This document shows, piece after piece, positions 1-11,602 of a stretch of 64,000 nucleotides of DNA. The notes beneath the pieces are model-generated. The model had not been told where the DNA came from and ran no database searches. It was given only the letters and a program-made list of their open reading frames with translations. Positions within the stretch are counted from its first letter, which is position 1. The number at the start of each line of letters is the position of its first letter. The translations under genes were made by a program, and so were the position numbers. Origin of the DNA: Acidobacteriota bacterium (lineage in GTDB: Bacteria; Acidobacteriota; UBA6911; RPQK01; CBDBID01); contig CBDBID010000041.1 in assembly GCA_965205565.1 (NCBI GenBank), positions 8,455 through 72,454 on the forward strand. Direction: 5' to 3'.

Positions 1-34
1 TTCGGTGCATGATTTCCCCTTTTCCTCCTTCCAC

Positions 35-60
35 GTGAAGTAGGACTTCGTGTCCTTTTT
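35..60 (+). terminator. Weak hairpin (ggac-ttcgt-gtcc) followed by a T7 run upstream of rpoB; possible rplL-rpoB attenuator or terminator
   Basis: Short GC stem followed by tttttttt read directly from the sequence. An attenuator in the rplL-rpoB spacer is established in other bacteria. Confidence 0.3.
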
Positions 61-111
61 TCGTGGGCCGTTTTTTGTACGGACTGACCGCATCAAGGGA
101 GCTTTTCGAGC

Positions 112-3100
112 ATGTCTGACTTAACAAGCAACGCCCATCGAGAGCGGTTTGATTTTGCCAAAATCCAAACCGTTTTTCCGATCCCGAATCTGCTGGAAGT
201 ACAGAAGGAATCGTATCGCCGGTTCTTGCAGATGGATTTGCTTTCTCCCGAGCGGGACGATGTGGGTTTGCAGTCGGTTTTCAACTCGGTATTCCCCATT
301 ACCGATTTTCGAGGCACCTCTTCGCTGGAGTTTGTGGAGTATTCCATCGGGAATTGGGAGTGCAAATGCGGCAAGCTGAAAGGCCTGGAGTATCTTCGCG
401 GCCGCTGCTTCAGTTGCGGGGAAACTCTGGTGCTCAACCCCTACAGCATCGAAGAGGTCACGTGCGGAAAGTGTAGTGCTCGTAACCCCAACGAGGGGGA
501 GCGCTGTGAGGACTGCGGGGATCCCGTCCAGCTGAACCTCAAATACAACATCGAAGAATGCAAAGAGCGGGGAATGACGTATTCGGTGCCCCTCCGGGTG
601 ACGATTCGGCTGGTGGTGTGGGACAAAGATCCAAATACCGAGGTCAAGACCATTCGCGACATCAAGGAGCAGGAGGTCTACTTCGGTGACATCCCGCTGA
701 TGACGGATAACGGCATCTTCATCATCAACGGCACCGAACGCGTCGTTGTGAGCCAGTTGCACCGCTCGCCGGGAGTGTTCTTTGAAGCCGGGGCGCAGAA
801 AAGCTATTTCCTGGCCAAGATCATCCCCTACCGTGGGTCTTGGGTGGAGTTCGAGTGCGACAACAAGAACGTCTTGAACGTCCGGATCGACCGCAAACGG
901 AAGTTCCTGGCCACGACTTTCCTGAGAGCCTTGGGGTTGAACTCAGATGAGGAGATTCTGCGAACTTTCTATGCGGTCTCTCAGATCCAGGTTCGTGGAA
1001 AGAAGCTCTTCTGGAAGGTGGACGACAGTCTGCCCGGCAAGCGCATCAGCAAGGACATCCCCCATCCGGCGAAGAAGGGCAAGGTCCTGGTCCTGGCCGG
1101 TCGAAAGATCAGCAATGCGGCCTACGCTCAATTGAAGAAGGCCGGGGTCAAAGAGGTCGAGATCGGTATCGAGGATCTGGCGGAAGGTGTCTGCAGCGGA
1201 GAAGTTGTCGATGGCGATTCCGGGGAAATCATTCTGGAAGCCAACACCGAGGTCGGACCCGGAGCGGTCAACAATCTGATCGAAGCTGGGGTCAAGGAAT
1301 TCGGCGTTTTCTTTCCGGAGCGCGATGAGGTGGGGACGATCCTCTCCGATACGCTACGGCGAGATGCGATCAAGAATGCGAACGAAGCCCTGATCGAGAT
1401 CTATCGAAAGCAGAGGCCGGGTGATCCCCCTACGATCGAAACCGCTACGGCTCTCTTTCACGGGATGTTCTTCGATCCTAGAAAATACGACTTCTCGAGA
1501 GTCGGCCGTCTGAAATGCAATATCAAGCTGGGTTTGGAAACTCCTCTGGAGGAGCGGACCCTCTCCCCTCAAGACTTCTACGAGGTCATCTCCTACCTGC
1601 TCAAGCTTAGAAAATCCATCGGTTCGGTGGATGATATCGATCACCTGGGGAATCGGCGCGTCCGAGCGGTGGGTGAACTGCTGGAGAACCAGTTCCGGAT
1701 CGGTTTGGTGCGCATGGAGAGGGCGATCAAGGAAAAAATGTCCGTCCATCAGGAGATGACGACGGCCATGCCCCACGATTTGATCAATGCCAAGCCCGTC
1801 ATGGCCTCCATCCGGGAGTTCTTCGGAAGCAGCCAGTTGTCCCAGTTCATGGATCAGACCAATCCGCTGTCCGAGATCACCCACAAGAGAAGGCTTTCGG
1901 CACTGGGCCCAGGCGGTCTCAGCCGGGAGAGGGCCGGGTTCGAAGTCCGCGACGTGCATCCCTCCCACTACGGGCGCATCTGTCCGATCGAGACGCCGGA
2001 AGGTCCGAATATCGGATTGATTTCCTCCCTGAGCTGTTACGCTCGCATTGACGAGTTCGGATTCATCGAGTCGCCCTACCGGAAGGTCGTGGAAGGGAGA
2101 ATCGTCGATTACGTCCGCATCATCAACTCGGGAAGCACCGATTTCAAGGTGGGCCAGACGGTCGTGAAGGAGGAGGTCGAGGCGGTCAACGCCCGGTCGG
2201 AGGGCAAAGGACGGAAGAAGGGCGGACGCCCTGCCGAGTATGAGCCCCATGCCTTTTACCTGACGGCCTGGGAGGGTGACAAACACGTCATTGGGCAGGC
2301 CAACATCGACTTGGATGAGCAGGGGCGGATCACTCGCGACCGGGTGAGTGGGCGTCACCAGGGCAATTTCGTGTTTGTTCCAAAGGAAGAGGTCGAGTAC
2401 GTGGATGTCAGTCCCAAACAGCTCGTCAGCGTGGCCGCCAGTTTGATCCCGTTCCTGGAGAATGACGACGCCAACCGGGCTCTCATGGGCTCGAACATGC
2501 AGCGCCAAGCGGTGCCCCTGATCCAGACGGAGGCGCCCTTCGTGGGCACCGGAATGGAGTACATCGCGGCCCGTGACTCTGGCGCGCTGCTCTTGTGCAA
2601 GCGCAGCGGCATCGTCGATCGAGTTGATGCGGAAAGAATCATCGTTCGGGTGGCGGGAGAAGACGGGGAAGAGTCTCGGGACGGTGGGGTTGACATCTAC
2701 AAACTGACGAAATTTGAGCGCTCGAATCAGAACACTTGCATCAATCAGAAACCCTTGGTGGCGAAACGCAGCATCGTTTCCAAAGGGCAGGTTCTGGCTG
2801 ACGGACCCTGCACCGACAAGGGCGAGCTGGCGTTGGGACGCAACGTTCTGGTCGCCTTCATGCCCTGGCGCGGCTACAACTTCGAGGATGCGATCCTGGT
2901 GAGCGAGCGATTGGTGAAGGAGGATCTGTATACCTCTATCCATATCGAGGAATTAGAGATCGAGGCCCGGGACACCAAACTGGGACCGGAAGAGGTCACT
3001 CGCGACATCCCCAACGTAAGTGAATCGCTGCTGGCCGACCTGGACGAAAGCGGCATCATTCGCATCGGCGCGACCGTCCGTCCCGGAGACATTCTGGTAG

Positions 3101-4464
3101 GCAAGGTGACCCCCAAAGGAGAAACTCAGCTGACCCCGGAAGAGAAGCTTTTGCGGGCGATCTTCGGAGAAAAAGCCGGTGAGGTCAAGGACGCTTCCCT
3201 TTATGCCCCTCCCGGGATCGAGGGGACCGTGGTCGACGTCAAGATCTTTTCCCGCAAGGGAGTGGCCAAGGACGAGCGCTCCAAGCAGATCGAAGCCGAA
3301 GAAGTCGCTTGGCTGGGAAAAGACCTTCAGGACGAGATTCGGATCTTGAAGGAAGAGAGCGCCAGACGAATGATGGGTGTACTGGCGGGCAAGAAGACGC
3401 AGGCCAAGGTGACCGACACCAAGGGTAAGCAGATCGCCAAAAAAGGCGAGTCCCTGGAAAAGAGCCGACTGGAGACTCTGCCCTATGGCGAGATCCGGAA
3501 GTTTCGGGTGGACGATTCGGAGGCCGCCCAACAGGTGGATACTCTCGAGGATCGGACCGAACGGCAGATCAAGATTCTGAAATCTCTTCACGAGGAACGC
3601 CTGGGCCGCATGAAGAAAGGCGATGAGTTGCCTCCCGGTGTGATTCGAATGGTCAAGGTGTACGTGGCCATGAAGCGCAAACTCTCGGTCGGGGACAAGA
3701 TGGCCGGACGTCACGGGAACAAGGGAGTGATCGCTCGAATTCTACCTGAAGAGGACATGCCGTTTCTGCCCGACGGTACCCCCGTGGAAATCGTCCTGAA
3801 TCCTTTGGGGGTGCCCTCGCGCATGAACGTCGGTCAGGTTCTAGAGACCCATCTGGGCTGGGCTGCCAAAGTTCTCAACCAGTTTTACGCGACCCCTGTT
3901 TTTGATGGAGCTCGTGAGCAGGAGATCAAGGATCGACTCAACAAGGCGGATCTGCCGGTCAGCGGCAAGACCACCCTCTCCGATGGAATAACCGGGCAAC
4001 CCTTCGATCAAAAGGTGACCGTGGGTTACATCTACATGCTCAAGCTGAGCCATCTGGTAGACGACAAGATCCACGCCCGCTCCATTGGTCCTTACAGTCT
4101 GATCACCCAGCAGCCACTGGGCGGTAAGGCTCAATTCGGTGGTCAGCGCTTTGGAGAAATGGAAGTGTGGGCTTTGGAGGCTTACGGCGCGGCCAACATC
4201 CTGCAGGAACTCTTGACTGCCAAGTCCGATGACGTCCAGGGGCGCGCCAAGATCTACGAGGCCATCGTAAAAGGAGAATCCATCTATAGTCCTGGAATCC
4301 CCGAATCCTTCAACGTCCTGATTCGTGAATTGCAGTCGCTGGCCCTGGATGTGGAATTGATCGAAAAACCGAAGAAGAAGCTCCGTCGCCGCTCGGACGT
4401 CATGATGCGCGCCGAGGCCGCCCTGAGCGGAGCCGCTGCCGACTCGGGTGGAAGCGAGTCGTGA
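112..4464 (+). CDS. rpoB: DNA-directed RNA polymerase beta subunit, with a ~58-aa Cys-rich insertion near the N-terminus
   Basis: 1450-aa ORF with conserved beta-subunit blocks ([38 protein letters not shown]). The ATG is at 112. Confidence 0.97.
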   Translation: MSDLTSNAHRERFDFAKIQTVFPIPNLLEVQKESYRRFLQMDLLSPERDDVGLQSVFNSVFPITDFRGTSSLEFVEYSIGNWECKCGKLKGLEYLRGRCFSCGETLVLNPYSIEEVTCGKCSARNPNEGERCEDCGDPVQLNLKYNIEECKERGMTYSVPLRVTIRLVVWDKDPNTEVKTIRDIKEQEVYFGDIPLMTDNGIFIINGTERVVVSQLHRSPGVFFEAGAQKSYFLAKIIPYRGSWVEFECDNKNVLNVRIDRKRKFLATTFLRALGLNSDEEILRTFYAVSQIQVRGKKLFWKVDDSLPGKRISKDIPHPAKKGKVLVLAGRKISNAAYAQLKKAGVKEVEIGIEDLAEGVCSGEVVDGDSGEIILEANTEVGPGAVNNLIEAGVKEFGVFFPERDEVGTILSDTLRRDAIKNANEALIEIYRKQRPGDPPTIETATALFHGMFFDPRKYDFSRVGRLKCNIKLGLETPLEERTLSPQDFYEVISYLLKLRKSIGSVDDIDHLGNRRVRAVGELLENQFRIGLVRMERAIKEKMSVHQEMTTAMPHDLINAKPVMASIREFFGSSQLSQFMDQTNPLSEITHKRRLSALGPGGLSRERAGFEVRDVHPSHYGRICPIETPEGPNIGLISSLSCYARIDEFGFIESPYRKVVEGRIVDYVRIINSGSTDFKVGQTVVKEEVEAVNARSEGKGRKKGGRPAEYEPHAFYLTAWEGDKHVIGQANIDLDEQGRITRDRVSGRHQGNFVFVPKEEVEYVDVSPKQLVSVAASLIPFLENDDANRALMGSNMQRQAVPLIQTEAPFVGTGMEYIAARDSGALLLCKRSGIVDRVDAERIIVRVAGEDGEESRDGGVDIYKLTKFERSNQNTCINQKPLVAKRSIVSKGQVLADGPCTDKGELALGRNVLVAFMPWRGYNFEDAILVSERLVKEDLYTSIHIEELEIEARDTKLGPEEVTRDIPNVSESLLADLDESGIIRIGATVRPGDILVGKVTPKGETQLTPEEKLLRAIFGEKAGEVKDASLYAPPGIEGTVVDVKIFSRKGVAKDERSKQIEAEEVAWLGKDLQDEIRILKEESARRMMGVLAGKKTQAKVTDTKGKQIAKKGESLEKSRLETLPYGEIRKFRVDDSEAAQQVDTLEDRTERQIKILKSLHEERLGRMKKGDELPPGVIRMVKVYVAMKRKLSVGDKMAGRHGNKGVIARILPEEDMPFLPDGTPVEIVLNPLGVPSRMNVGQVLETHLGWAAKVLNQFYATPVFDGAREQEIKDRLNKADLPVSGKTTLSDGITGQPFDQKVTVGYIYMLKLSHLVDDKIHARSIGPYSLITQQPLGGKAQFGGQRFGEMEVWALEAYGAANILQELLTAKSDDVQGRAKIYEAIVKGESIYSPGIPESFNVLIRELQSLALDVELIEKPKKKLRRRSDVMMRAEAALSGAAADSGGSES

Positions 4465-4549
4465 GTCCGCGTTCAAAACGCCAACCGGCCCCGCCCAACA
4501 CGCGGTGGTCGAACCCTTACTTGTCCGCAGGGAGGTAGAAAAACCGAAC

Positions 4550-7500
4550 ATGTTTCGTGATCAGATGAACAAAAGTCAGTTCCTGAAAAGTTTTGAGGCC
4601 ATCCGGATCGGTCTGGCCTCACCCGAAAAGATCCGGTCTTGGTCGAGCGGAGAAGTGACGAAACCGGAAACCATCAATTACCGGACCTTCAAACCCGAGC
4701 GCGATGGTCTTTTTTGCGCCCGGATCTTCGGCCCCGTCACCGATTGGGAATGCTTGTGCGGCAAATACAAGCGGATGAAACACCGCGGGATCATCTGCGA
4801 TAAGTGCGGGGTAGAGGTAACCCTATCGAAAGTGCGCCGCGAGCGGTTGGGCCACATCGAGCTGGCCAGTCCCTGTTCCCATGTGTGGTTCTTCAAGGGC
4901 TTGCCCAGCCGAATCGGCCATCTGCTGGATATCAGTCTGCGCGATCTGGAATGCATCCTCTACTTCGAGGCCTATGTCGTCATCGATCCGGGTGAAGCGC
5001 CCTTGAAAGAAAAGGAACTCCTCTCGGAAGAGAAATACCGGGCCCTGCAAGCGGAGTACGCCGGCCGGTTCGAGGCGGGGATGGGAGCCGAGGCTATCAA
5101 AGAGTTGCTCCGGCGCGTGGATGTAGAGCCTCTGGCCGTCGATCTGCGCTTCCGGATGAGGAATGAGACCTCTCAACTCAAGCGCGTCAAGTTCTCCAAG
5201 CGCCTGAAGGTGCTGGAAGCCTTTCGCAAGTCAGGCAATCGCCCCGAGTGGATGATCATGGATGTGATCCCCGTCATCCCGCCTGAATTGCGGCCACTCG
5301 TTCCTCTGGATGGAGGACGTTTCGCCACCTCGGATCTGAACGACCTGTATCGACGGGTCATCAATCGAAACAATCGTCTCAAGAAGCTGATGGAGTTGCG
5401 GGCGCCTGAGGTCATCATCCGTAACGAGAAGCGGATGCTGCAGGAAGCCGTGGACGCCCTGTTCGACAACGGTCGGCGGGGACGAGTGCTGCGTGGCGTC
5501 AAGAATCGTCCCCTGAAGTCTCTGTCCGATACCCTGAAGGGGAAACAGGGACGGTTCCGTCAGAATCTGCTGGGAAAACGAGTGGACTACTCGGGCCGCT
5601 CGGTCATCGTAGTGGGACCGGAGCTGAAACTGCACCAGTGCGGTTTGCCCAAACTCATGGCTTTGGAGTTGTTCAAACCCTTTATCTACAACCGGCTGGA
5701 GAAGGAAGGCTACGTAGGCACCATCAAGGGTGCCAAGGAAATGGTCGAGAATCAGGAACCGATCGTGTGGGATATGCTGGAAGATGCCATCAAGCAGCAT
5801 CCGGTTCTTCTGAACCGAGCGCCTACCCTGCACCGGCTGGGCATCCAGGCCTTCGAACCCGTTCTGGTAGAAGGCAAAGCGATCAAAATCCATCCCTTGG
5901 TGTGCACGGCTTTCAATGCGGATTTCGACGGGGACCAGATGGCCGTTCACGTGCCACTGTCGCAGGAATCCCAGGTGGAAGCGGGTGTCCTGATGCTGGC
6001 TACGCACAACATCCTTTCCCCCGCTAACGGACAGCCGCTGGCGGTGCCGAGCCAGGACATCGTGTTGGGTTGCTACTACCTGACGAGCCAGCGCAACAAA
6101 AGCCGGGGCGCCGGCCGTTCCTTTGCCGACGTGTATGAGGTGTACCACGCTCTGGAGGCGGGTGCAGTGGAGATTCGCACGCCCATTTCCCTGCGCTATT
6201 CGGGACGGCTAATCGACCTTTCCAAACAGTACGATACGCAAGCCGTTTTGCAAGCCGACGTTCAGGAAGTGGAGAACCAGATGATCGCCACCACCGTGGG
6301 GCGAGCCCTTTTCAACGATCATCTTCCCGACGAGATGCCCTACGTGAACGGACTCTTTAAGAAAAAGGGCCTGCAGCAGCTCGTCAACTACAGCTATCTG
6401 CGTTTCGGACTCCCTGCCACCGTGGCCATGCTGGACGAACTGAAGGATCTTGGGTTTAAGTATGCTACCCAGGCAGGCTTCACCGTCAGTATCGATGATC
6501 TCATCATCCCAGAGAACAAGGAAGAACTGGTCGAGAAGGCTCGAGAAGAGGTCATCGAGGTCGAACAACAATACCTGGATGGCGTGATCACCAACGGAGA
6601 GCGTTACAACAAGGTGGTGGCCATCTGGTCGGACGTCACCGAAAAGATCGCCGACGAGATGTTCGAGTCCATGGCCTCTTACGAAGACGATGATCGGGAA
6701 TTCAATTCCATCTACGTCATGGCCGATTCGGGCGCCCGGGGAAGCAAGCAGCAACTGCGACAGTTGGCCGGTATGCGAGGACTGATGGCCAAACCGTCGG
6801 GGGAAATCATCGAAACGCCAATCACGGCAAATTTCCGGGAAGGTCTCACCGTGCTGCAGTATTTTATTTCGACCCACGGTGCCCGCAAAGGCTTGGCCGA
6901 CACCGCCTTGAAAACCGCGGACTCCGGTTATCTGACTCGACGACTGGTGGACGTCGCGCAAGATGTCATCATCAGCGAAGAGGACTGCCAGACCTTGGAC
7001 GGTATTGAGGTGACCGCTCTAGTCGAAGGCGGTGAAATCATCGAGGCACTGCGGGACCGGATCGTGGGTCGGGTGGCCTTGGAAAAAGTGATCGATCCCT
7101 TTACGGGCGAAACCCTGATCGACGTCAACCAGTCGATCGAAGAGGAGACGGCCGCTTTCATTCAGGCGGCCGGAATCGAGAAGGTCATGATTCGTACCGC
7201 GCTGACCTGCAAATCCAAGCGGGGGCTCTGCCGAGCCTGCTACGGACGAAATCTGGCTAGTGGCGAAATGGTGGAGATGGGAGAGGCCGTGGGAGTGCTG
7301 GCGGCTCAGTCAATCGGAGAACCGGGTACTCAGTTGACCATGAGGACCTTTCACATCGGAGGGACCGCTAGCCGGATCGAAGAGCAGTCGACTGTGGAGT
7401 CCAGAAGCGCCGGGACGGTGCGCTTCGTCAACATACAGACCGTCCAGAATAAGGAAGGCAACCTGGTCGTGATGAACCGGAACGGGAGTTTGATTATTCA

Positions 7501-8761
7501 GGACGAGAGAAAGCGCGAAAAAGAGCGCTATTCCATGATTTACGGCGCTCAGCTCATGGTCAACGACGGGAAAAAGATCGTTCCCGGAGAGCAGCTGGTG
7601 GAGTGGGATCCCTTTACCTTTTCCATGCTGACGGAGTTCGGTGGGACCACCGTCTTTAAGGACATTGTCGAAGGTTTGACCATGAGGGAGGAGGTGGACG
7701 AGGTCACCGGTCTGTCCCGTAAGGTGATCATCGAATCTCCGGACGAAAAGCGCCAGCCCCAGATTCAAATTCGGAGTGCCGAGGGCAAGATCATCAAATC
7801 CTACCTGATCCCATCGCGAGCCCACTTGATGATCGATAATGGTGATGAGGTCTTCCCGGGCGATACGCTGGTCAAGATTCCACGAGAGACCACCAAGACG
7901 AAGGACATCACTGGAGGGTTGCCCCGCGTGGTGGAGCTCTTCGAGGCGAGAAAACCTAAGGAGACGGCCGTCATCACTGAAATCGATGGCATCGTCCATT
8001 ACGGTGGCATCACCCGGGGACAGCGCAAAATCATCGTTGAAAGGCAGACCGAGAGCGACGAAGGGAAGGGTAAGCTCAAAGCCGAATACCTGTTACCCCG
8101 AGGGGTTCACATCAACGTCCAGGAAGGAGAATACGTGAAGGCGGGCGAGGCACTCATGGACGGTCCGAGAAATCCCCACGACATCCTCATGGTTTTGGGC
8201 GAAAAAGAGCTACAAAGCTATCTAGTAAACGAAATCCAGGAGGTGTACCGCCTGCAGGGCGTCAACATCAACGACAAACACATCGAGGTCATCGCGCGCC
8301 AGATGATGCGCTGGATCAAGGTCGAGGATGTGGGAGATACGGAATTTCTGCTGGAAGAGCAGGTCGATAAGTTCCGTTTCCAGGAAGAGAACGAGCGAGT
8401 GATGGCTGAGGGTGGCAAAGCGGCCAAGGGCCGTCCCTTGCTTCTCGGCATCACCAAGGCCTCTCTGAGCACCGACTCCTTCATTTCGGCGGCCTCTTTT
8501 CAAGAAACTACCCGGGTACTCACCGAAGCTGCCGTCAGCGGCAAGATTGACTATCTGCGCGGCCTCAAGGAAAATGTCATCATGGGGCGTTTGATCCCAG
8601 CTGGGACGGGAATGGAGTACTACCGCAACATTGAGGTGGAAGATCCTTTCCAGCAGAAGGTCGAGAGCGAGGAAGAGACTGCAGGAGAGGACCTGCTGGA
8701 GAGGCAGCCCCTGGAAGCCGTGACCGCCCCGGTTCCAGACAGAAGAACTGATCGAGTCTGA
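4550..8761 (+). CDS. rpoC: DNA-directed RNA polymerase beta-prime subunit
   Basis: The ORF runs 4448-8761. The ATG at 4550 is preceded by ggaggtag. It has the N-terminal Zn-binding CxC...CxxC motif and [12 protein letters not shown]. Confidence 0.97.
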   Translation: MFRDQMNKSQFLKSFEAIRIGLASPEKIRSWSSGEVTKPETINYRTFKPERDGLFCARIFGPVTDWECLCGKYKRMKHRGIICDKCGVEVTLSKVRRERLGHIELASPCSHVWFFKGLPSRIGHLLDISLRDLECILYFEAYVVIDPGEAPLKEKELLSEEKYRALQAEYAGRFEAGMGAEAIKELLRRVDVEPLAVDLRFRMRNETSQLKRVKFSKRLKVLEAFRKSGNRPEWMIMDVIPVIPPELRPLVPLDGGRFATSDLNDLYRRVINRNNRLKKLMELRAPEVIIRNEKRMLQEAVDALFDNGRRGRVLRGVKNRPLKSLSDTLKGKQGRFRQNLLGKRVDYSGRSVIVVGPELKLHQCGLPKLMALELFKPFIYNRLEKEGYVGTIKGAKEMVENQEPIVWDMLEDAIKQHPVLLNRAPTLHRLGIQAFEPVLVEGKAIKIHPLVCTAFNADFDGDQMAVHVPLSQESQVEAGVLMLATHNILSPANGQPLAVPSQDIVLGCYYLTSQRNKSRGAGRSFADVYEVYHALEAGAVEIRTPISLRYSGRLIDLSKQYDTQAVLQADVQEVENQMIATTVGRALFNDHLPDEMPYVNGLFKKKGLQQLVNYSYLRFGLPATVAMLDELKDLGFKYATQAGFTVSIDDLIIPENKEELVEKAREEVIEVEQQYLDGVITNGERYNKVVAIWSDVTEKIADEMFESMASYEDDDREFNSIYVMADSGARGSKQQLRQLAGMRGLMAKPSGEIIETPITANFREGLTVLQYFISTHGARKGLADTALKTADSGYLTRRLVDVAQDVIISEEDCQTLDGIEVTALVEGGEIIEALRDRIVGRVALEKVIDPFTGETLIDVNQSIEEETAAFIQAAGIEKVMIRTALTCKSKRGLCRACYGRNLASGEMVEMGEAVGVLAAQSIGEPGTQLTMRTFHIGGTASRIEEQSTVESRSAGTVRFVNIQTVQNKEGNLVVMNRNGSLIIQDERKREKERYSMIYGAQLMVNDGKKIVPGEQLVEWDPFTFSMLTEFGGTTVFKDIVEGLTMREEVDEVTGLSRKVIIESPDEKRQPQIQIRSAEGKIIKSYLIPSRAHLMIDNGDEVFPGDTLVKIPRETTKTKDITGGLPRVVELFEARKPKETAVITEIDGIVHYGGITRGQRKIIVERQTESDEGKGKLKAEYLLPRGVHINVQEGEYVKAGEALMDGPRNPHDILMVLGEKELQSYLVNEIQEVYRLQGVNINDKHIEVIARQMMRWIKVEDVGDTEFLLEEQVDKFRFQEENERVMAEGGKAAKGRPLLLGITKASLSTDSFISAASFQETTRVLTEAAVSGKIDYLRGLKENVIMGRLIPAGTGMEYYRNIEVEDPFQQKVESEEETAGEDLLERQPLEAVTAPVPDRRTDRV

Positions 8762-8811
8762 GAAGGCGCCTTAAGTGGCCACCGGGTCGGCATCAGTGCC
8801 ACGGAAACAAC

Positions 8812-8856
8812 AAAAGGGGCGAGCCCTGACGGGGGGTGCGCCCCTTTTGGCTTTTT
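8812..8856. terminator. Bidirectional intrinsic terminator between rpoC and the convergent pilin gene
   Basis: aaaaggggcg-[17 nt]-cgcccctttt followed by ggctttttgtt. An A-tract precedes it and a T-tract follows it. Confidence 0.7.
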
Positions 8857-8857
8857 G

Positions 8858-9304
8858 TTACGTGGTGATTAGCTTCCAAGCGGAGGATCGCCTGCACCAG
8901 CTGCACCGCCGGTGTTGACTTGAATCACGCCCGTCTGGTCGCTGAAAAAGCGACGCTGACCCGTCGTTCCAACGGTCACGGGATTGGCGTTGACGGTGAA
9001 GCTGATGGCACCGTTGGGAACCGTGGTGAAAGGTGAACCCTTCTTTGGTTCCGCTGCCGAGAAGAGTATCGACGATGTTGGCGCCCTGTAGGTCAGAAAT
9101 GGCTCCGTATTGACCGTTGCCGACGGTGGCCGAATACGTCAACTGAGCGGTCACCAAAGTGCGCACTGAGGAGATCGCCGAGGCTTCGTTGGCAGCCATT
9201 CGAGAAGTCACCAGATTCGGGATAGCCACCGCAGCGATGATCCCGATCACGGCCACTACGATCAAAAGCTCAATCAGTGAAAAGCATTTTTTCCTGTTCA
9301 TCAT
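8858..9304 (-). CDS. Type IV pilin or pseudopilin with a prepilin N-methylation domain; the C-terminal part is probably frameshifted
   Basis: The N-terminus is MMNRKKCFSLIELLIVVAVIGIIAAVAIP. GGAGGG lies 8 nt upstream of the ATG at 9304. The C-terminal 60 aa of the annotated frame are His/Arg/Cys-rich. An alternative frame gives a pilin-like T/V/N/G-rich tail that ends at 8869. Confidence 0.75.
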   Translation of the reverse strand: MMNRKKCFSLIELLIVVAVIGIIAAVAIPNLVTSRMAANEASAISSVRTLVTAQLTYSATVGNGQYGAISDLQGANIVDTLLGSGTKEGFTFHHGSQRCHQLHRQRQSRDRWNDGSASLFQRPDGRDSSQHRRCSWCRRSSAWKLITT

Positions 9305-9352
9305 TTTCCCTCCAAAATCTAACGTTCCGTTCATCTCACAGAACAACCTGTA

Positions 9353-9368
9353 AGCAAACCCCGTTCCA
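9353..9368 (-). promoter_or_regulatory. Candidate sigma54 (-24/-12) promoter for the pilin gene
   Basis: The minus strand reads TGGAAC-N5-TTGCT with correct GG-N10-GC spacing, about 50-65 nt upstream of the pilin start. pilA genes are commonly RpoN-dependent. Confidence 0.45.
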
Positions 9369-9547
9369 AACTTTCCATAATTTTACAAGTATCTATATAT
9401 CAGTTGTTTACAGATTATCTGATCGAGACCAGATCCGGCTTAGCAGACCTCGACTGGGCACAATTCGTCAGCCCGTTGACATTTTTTGTCATCAATGACG
9501 GGAGGCGGGAAGACCGTCGGGGTTCTACGGTACAGTTCTAGCCGCCT

Positions 9548-10383
9548 ATGGGAAACATCCTGATCATCGATGATGAACGGAGCATGCTGGAGTTTCTCGA
9601 GTACCTTCTTCGGAAGGAGGGCTACCAGGTCACACTCTCCGATTCGGGAGCGGCAAGCCTTGGCTCTGATCGAGCAGAAGAAGCCCTTTGACCTGATCAT
9701 CTCCGATCTGAAGATGCCGGATGTGGACGGTTTGCAGCTGCTCGAAAGAGCACGAGAGAGTGATGCGGAGACGCCCTTTATTTTCATTACCGCCTACGCC
9801 TCGTCGGATACCGCCATCGAGGCTCTGAAGCTGGGTGCGTTCGATCTACATCACCAAACCGTTTCAGGTGCAGGAATTCAAGAACCTGGTGAGAAACGCG
9901 CTTCTGGCCGGTCAGCTGAAGCGCAAGGTTCGGGTCTTGGAAGACGAGAGGGTACGCGATTACCAGCTGGTGGGTACTTCCCCGCAGATGTTGGAAATCT
10001 ACAAGATGATCGGGATGATTGTCACCACCGACAGCACGGTTCTGATTACCGGAGAGAGTGGCACGGGGAAGGAGCTGGTGGCACGAGCCGTCCACGATGC
10101 CAGTCCCCGTCGTGCGGGTCCTTTCGTTTCCGTCAACTGCGGAGCTTTTCCAGAGACGCTACTCGAGAGCGAGCTGTTCGGATACAAAAAGGGTGCGTTT
10201 ACCGAGGCGGTGGCGGACAAGCCAGGTTTATTCGAGGCGGCGACCGAGGGTATCCTCTTCCTGGATGAAGCCGGAGAGACTCCTCTGGCGATGCAAGTCA
10301 AGCTCATGCGGGCGCTTCAGGAAAAGAAGATTCAACGGGTCGGGGGCATCCAGGAAGTTCCGGGCCGGTCAAAGCCGCCTTGA
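9548..10383 (+). pseudogene. NtrC/PilR-family sigma54-dependent response regulator (REC plus AAA+), with two frameshifts and a 3' truncation
   Basis: The gene is split across three frames: MGNILIIDDERSMLEFL..., ...DLKMPDVDGLQLL...ITAYASSD... and ...[17 protein letters not shown]...GAFTEA...ILFLDEAGE...RVGG. Frame changes occur at about 9650 and 9845. It ends after RVGG, so the rest of the AAA+ domain and the HTH are missing. Confidence 0.8.
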
Positions 10384-11602
10384 CCCCGATCTAGGCTGTT
10401 TCGATGTCTCGGATCTCCTACCATGATGATGTTGGGATCCTGGCGGAGAAAGGAGCGTAGAGCTGTGGCGAAGGTGAGCCCGATCTGCTCCCTCGTTTGC
10501 ACCTGGTTGATTCCGGGGAAGTTGAACTCCACCGGATCTTCCACCGTCATGATGTTCACTTCGGGAGTGTTGAGTTGATTGAGGCAGGTGTGCAGGGTAC
10601 TGGTCTTGCCGCTTCCCGTCGGTCCGGTGACCAGCACCATAGCCATAAGGACGATGAACGGCGGCTTCGACTCTTTGCCGCGAGCCCTCTTCCAAGCCGA
10701 GCAGCTTTAGGTCCAGGGGAAGCTTGCCCCGGTCCAAAATTCGCAGAACGATCTTCTCTCCGAACAGGGTAGGGAGGCTGGACACTCGAAGGTCGATCTC
10801 TTTTCTGTCCCCGTCCTGGTGGATTTTTAGCCGGATGTGCCCGCCTTGCGGAAGCCTGCGTTCGCCAATGTCCAGACTGGCCATGATTTTGATTCTGGAA
10901 AGCACGGCCTCCCGGAGGTTGAAGGGCGGCGTAACGATGTCATAAATCGTCCCGTCGGTGCGATAGCGAACCCGAAACTCGCGCTCGTAGGGTTCCATGT
11001 GAATGGCGCTGGCGCCTTTTTGAATGGCCGCCGCGAAGGTGATGTTGACCAGCTTGATGATAGGAGCCTTAGAGCTGCTTTTCTCCAGTTCCTGGAGATT
11101 CAGCTCGCTTTCCTCATGTTCCAGCTCCAGCTCGTATTCCTGATCGGCTTCCAGTTCGTCGTAGATCTGTTTCAGCTGAAGCGCCTGCTCACTCCCATAA
11201 CTCTGCCCGATCATCTGGCGGATCGATCCCTCCGCTGCAATTACCGGTTCCACGCGATAACCCGTCAGGAATTTGAGCTCGTCCAAGGCCAGCACGTGGG
11301 TTGGATCGCTGATGGCGATGGTGAGCGTCGAGGCCACTCGTTTGATGGGGAGTACTTGATGGCGGATCGCCGTTTCTGTTGGAATCAGCTGCAGAGTCTC
11401 AGGATCGATCTGTATCTAGGTCAGATTGACGTAAGGAGCGCCGTAATGGCGCTTAGGGCCTTGGCAACGGCCCCTTCCGTCACGTAGCCCAGTTCGATGA
11501 GAATGGAACTCAACCTTCCCGGACGGTTCTTTTTTGGTAGCGCAGGGCATCGCCCAGCTGCTCTTGAGTGAGCAGACCCTGTTCGATCAGTACTTCTCCC
11601 AA
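10332..11602 (-). pseudogene. GspE/PilB-family secretion ATPase, with frameshifts, an in-frame TAG and a 3' truncation
   Basis: The N-terminal T2SSE_N-like domain reads LIEQGLLTQEQLGDALRYQKK...LSAHYGAPYVNLT*IQIDPETLQLIP. The Walker A is [14 protein letters not shown]. Downstream come [18 protein letters not shown] and IGVKAALTG, then loss of homology. Three or more frame changes. Confidence 0.8.

Noticed and set aside
1354-2943. 529-aa ORF antisense to rpoB, with similar long antisense ORFs at 5231-6148, 6209-6961 and 7310-7999 inside rpoC
   Set aside because: These lie fully inside conserved RNAP genes on the opposite strand. Long stop-free antisense frames are typical of GC-rich coding sequence, and they have no recognisable domains.
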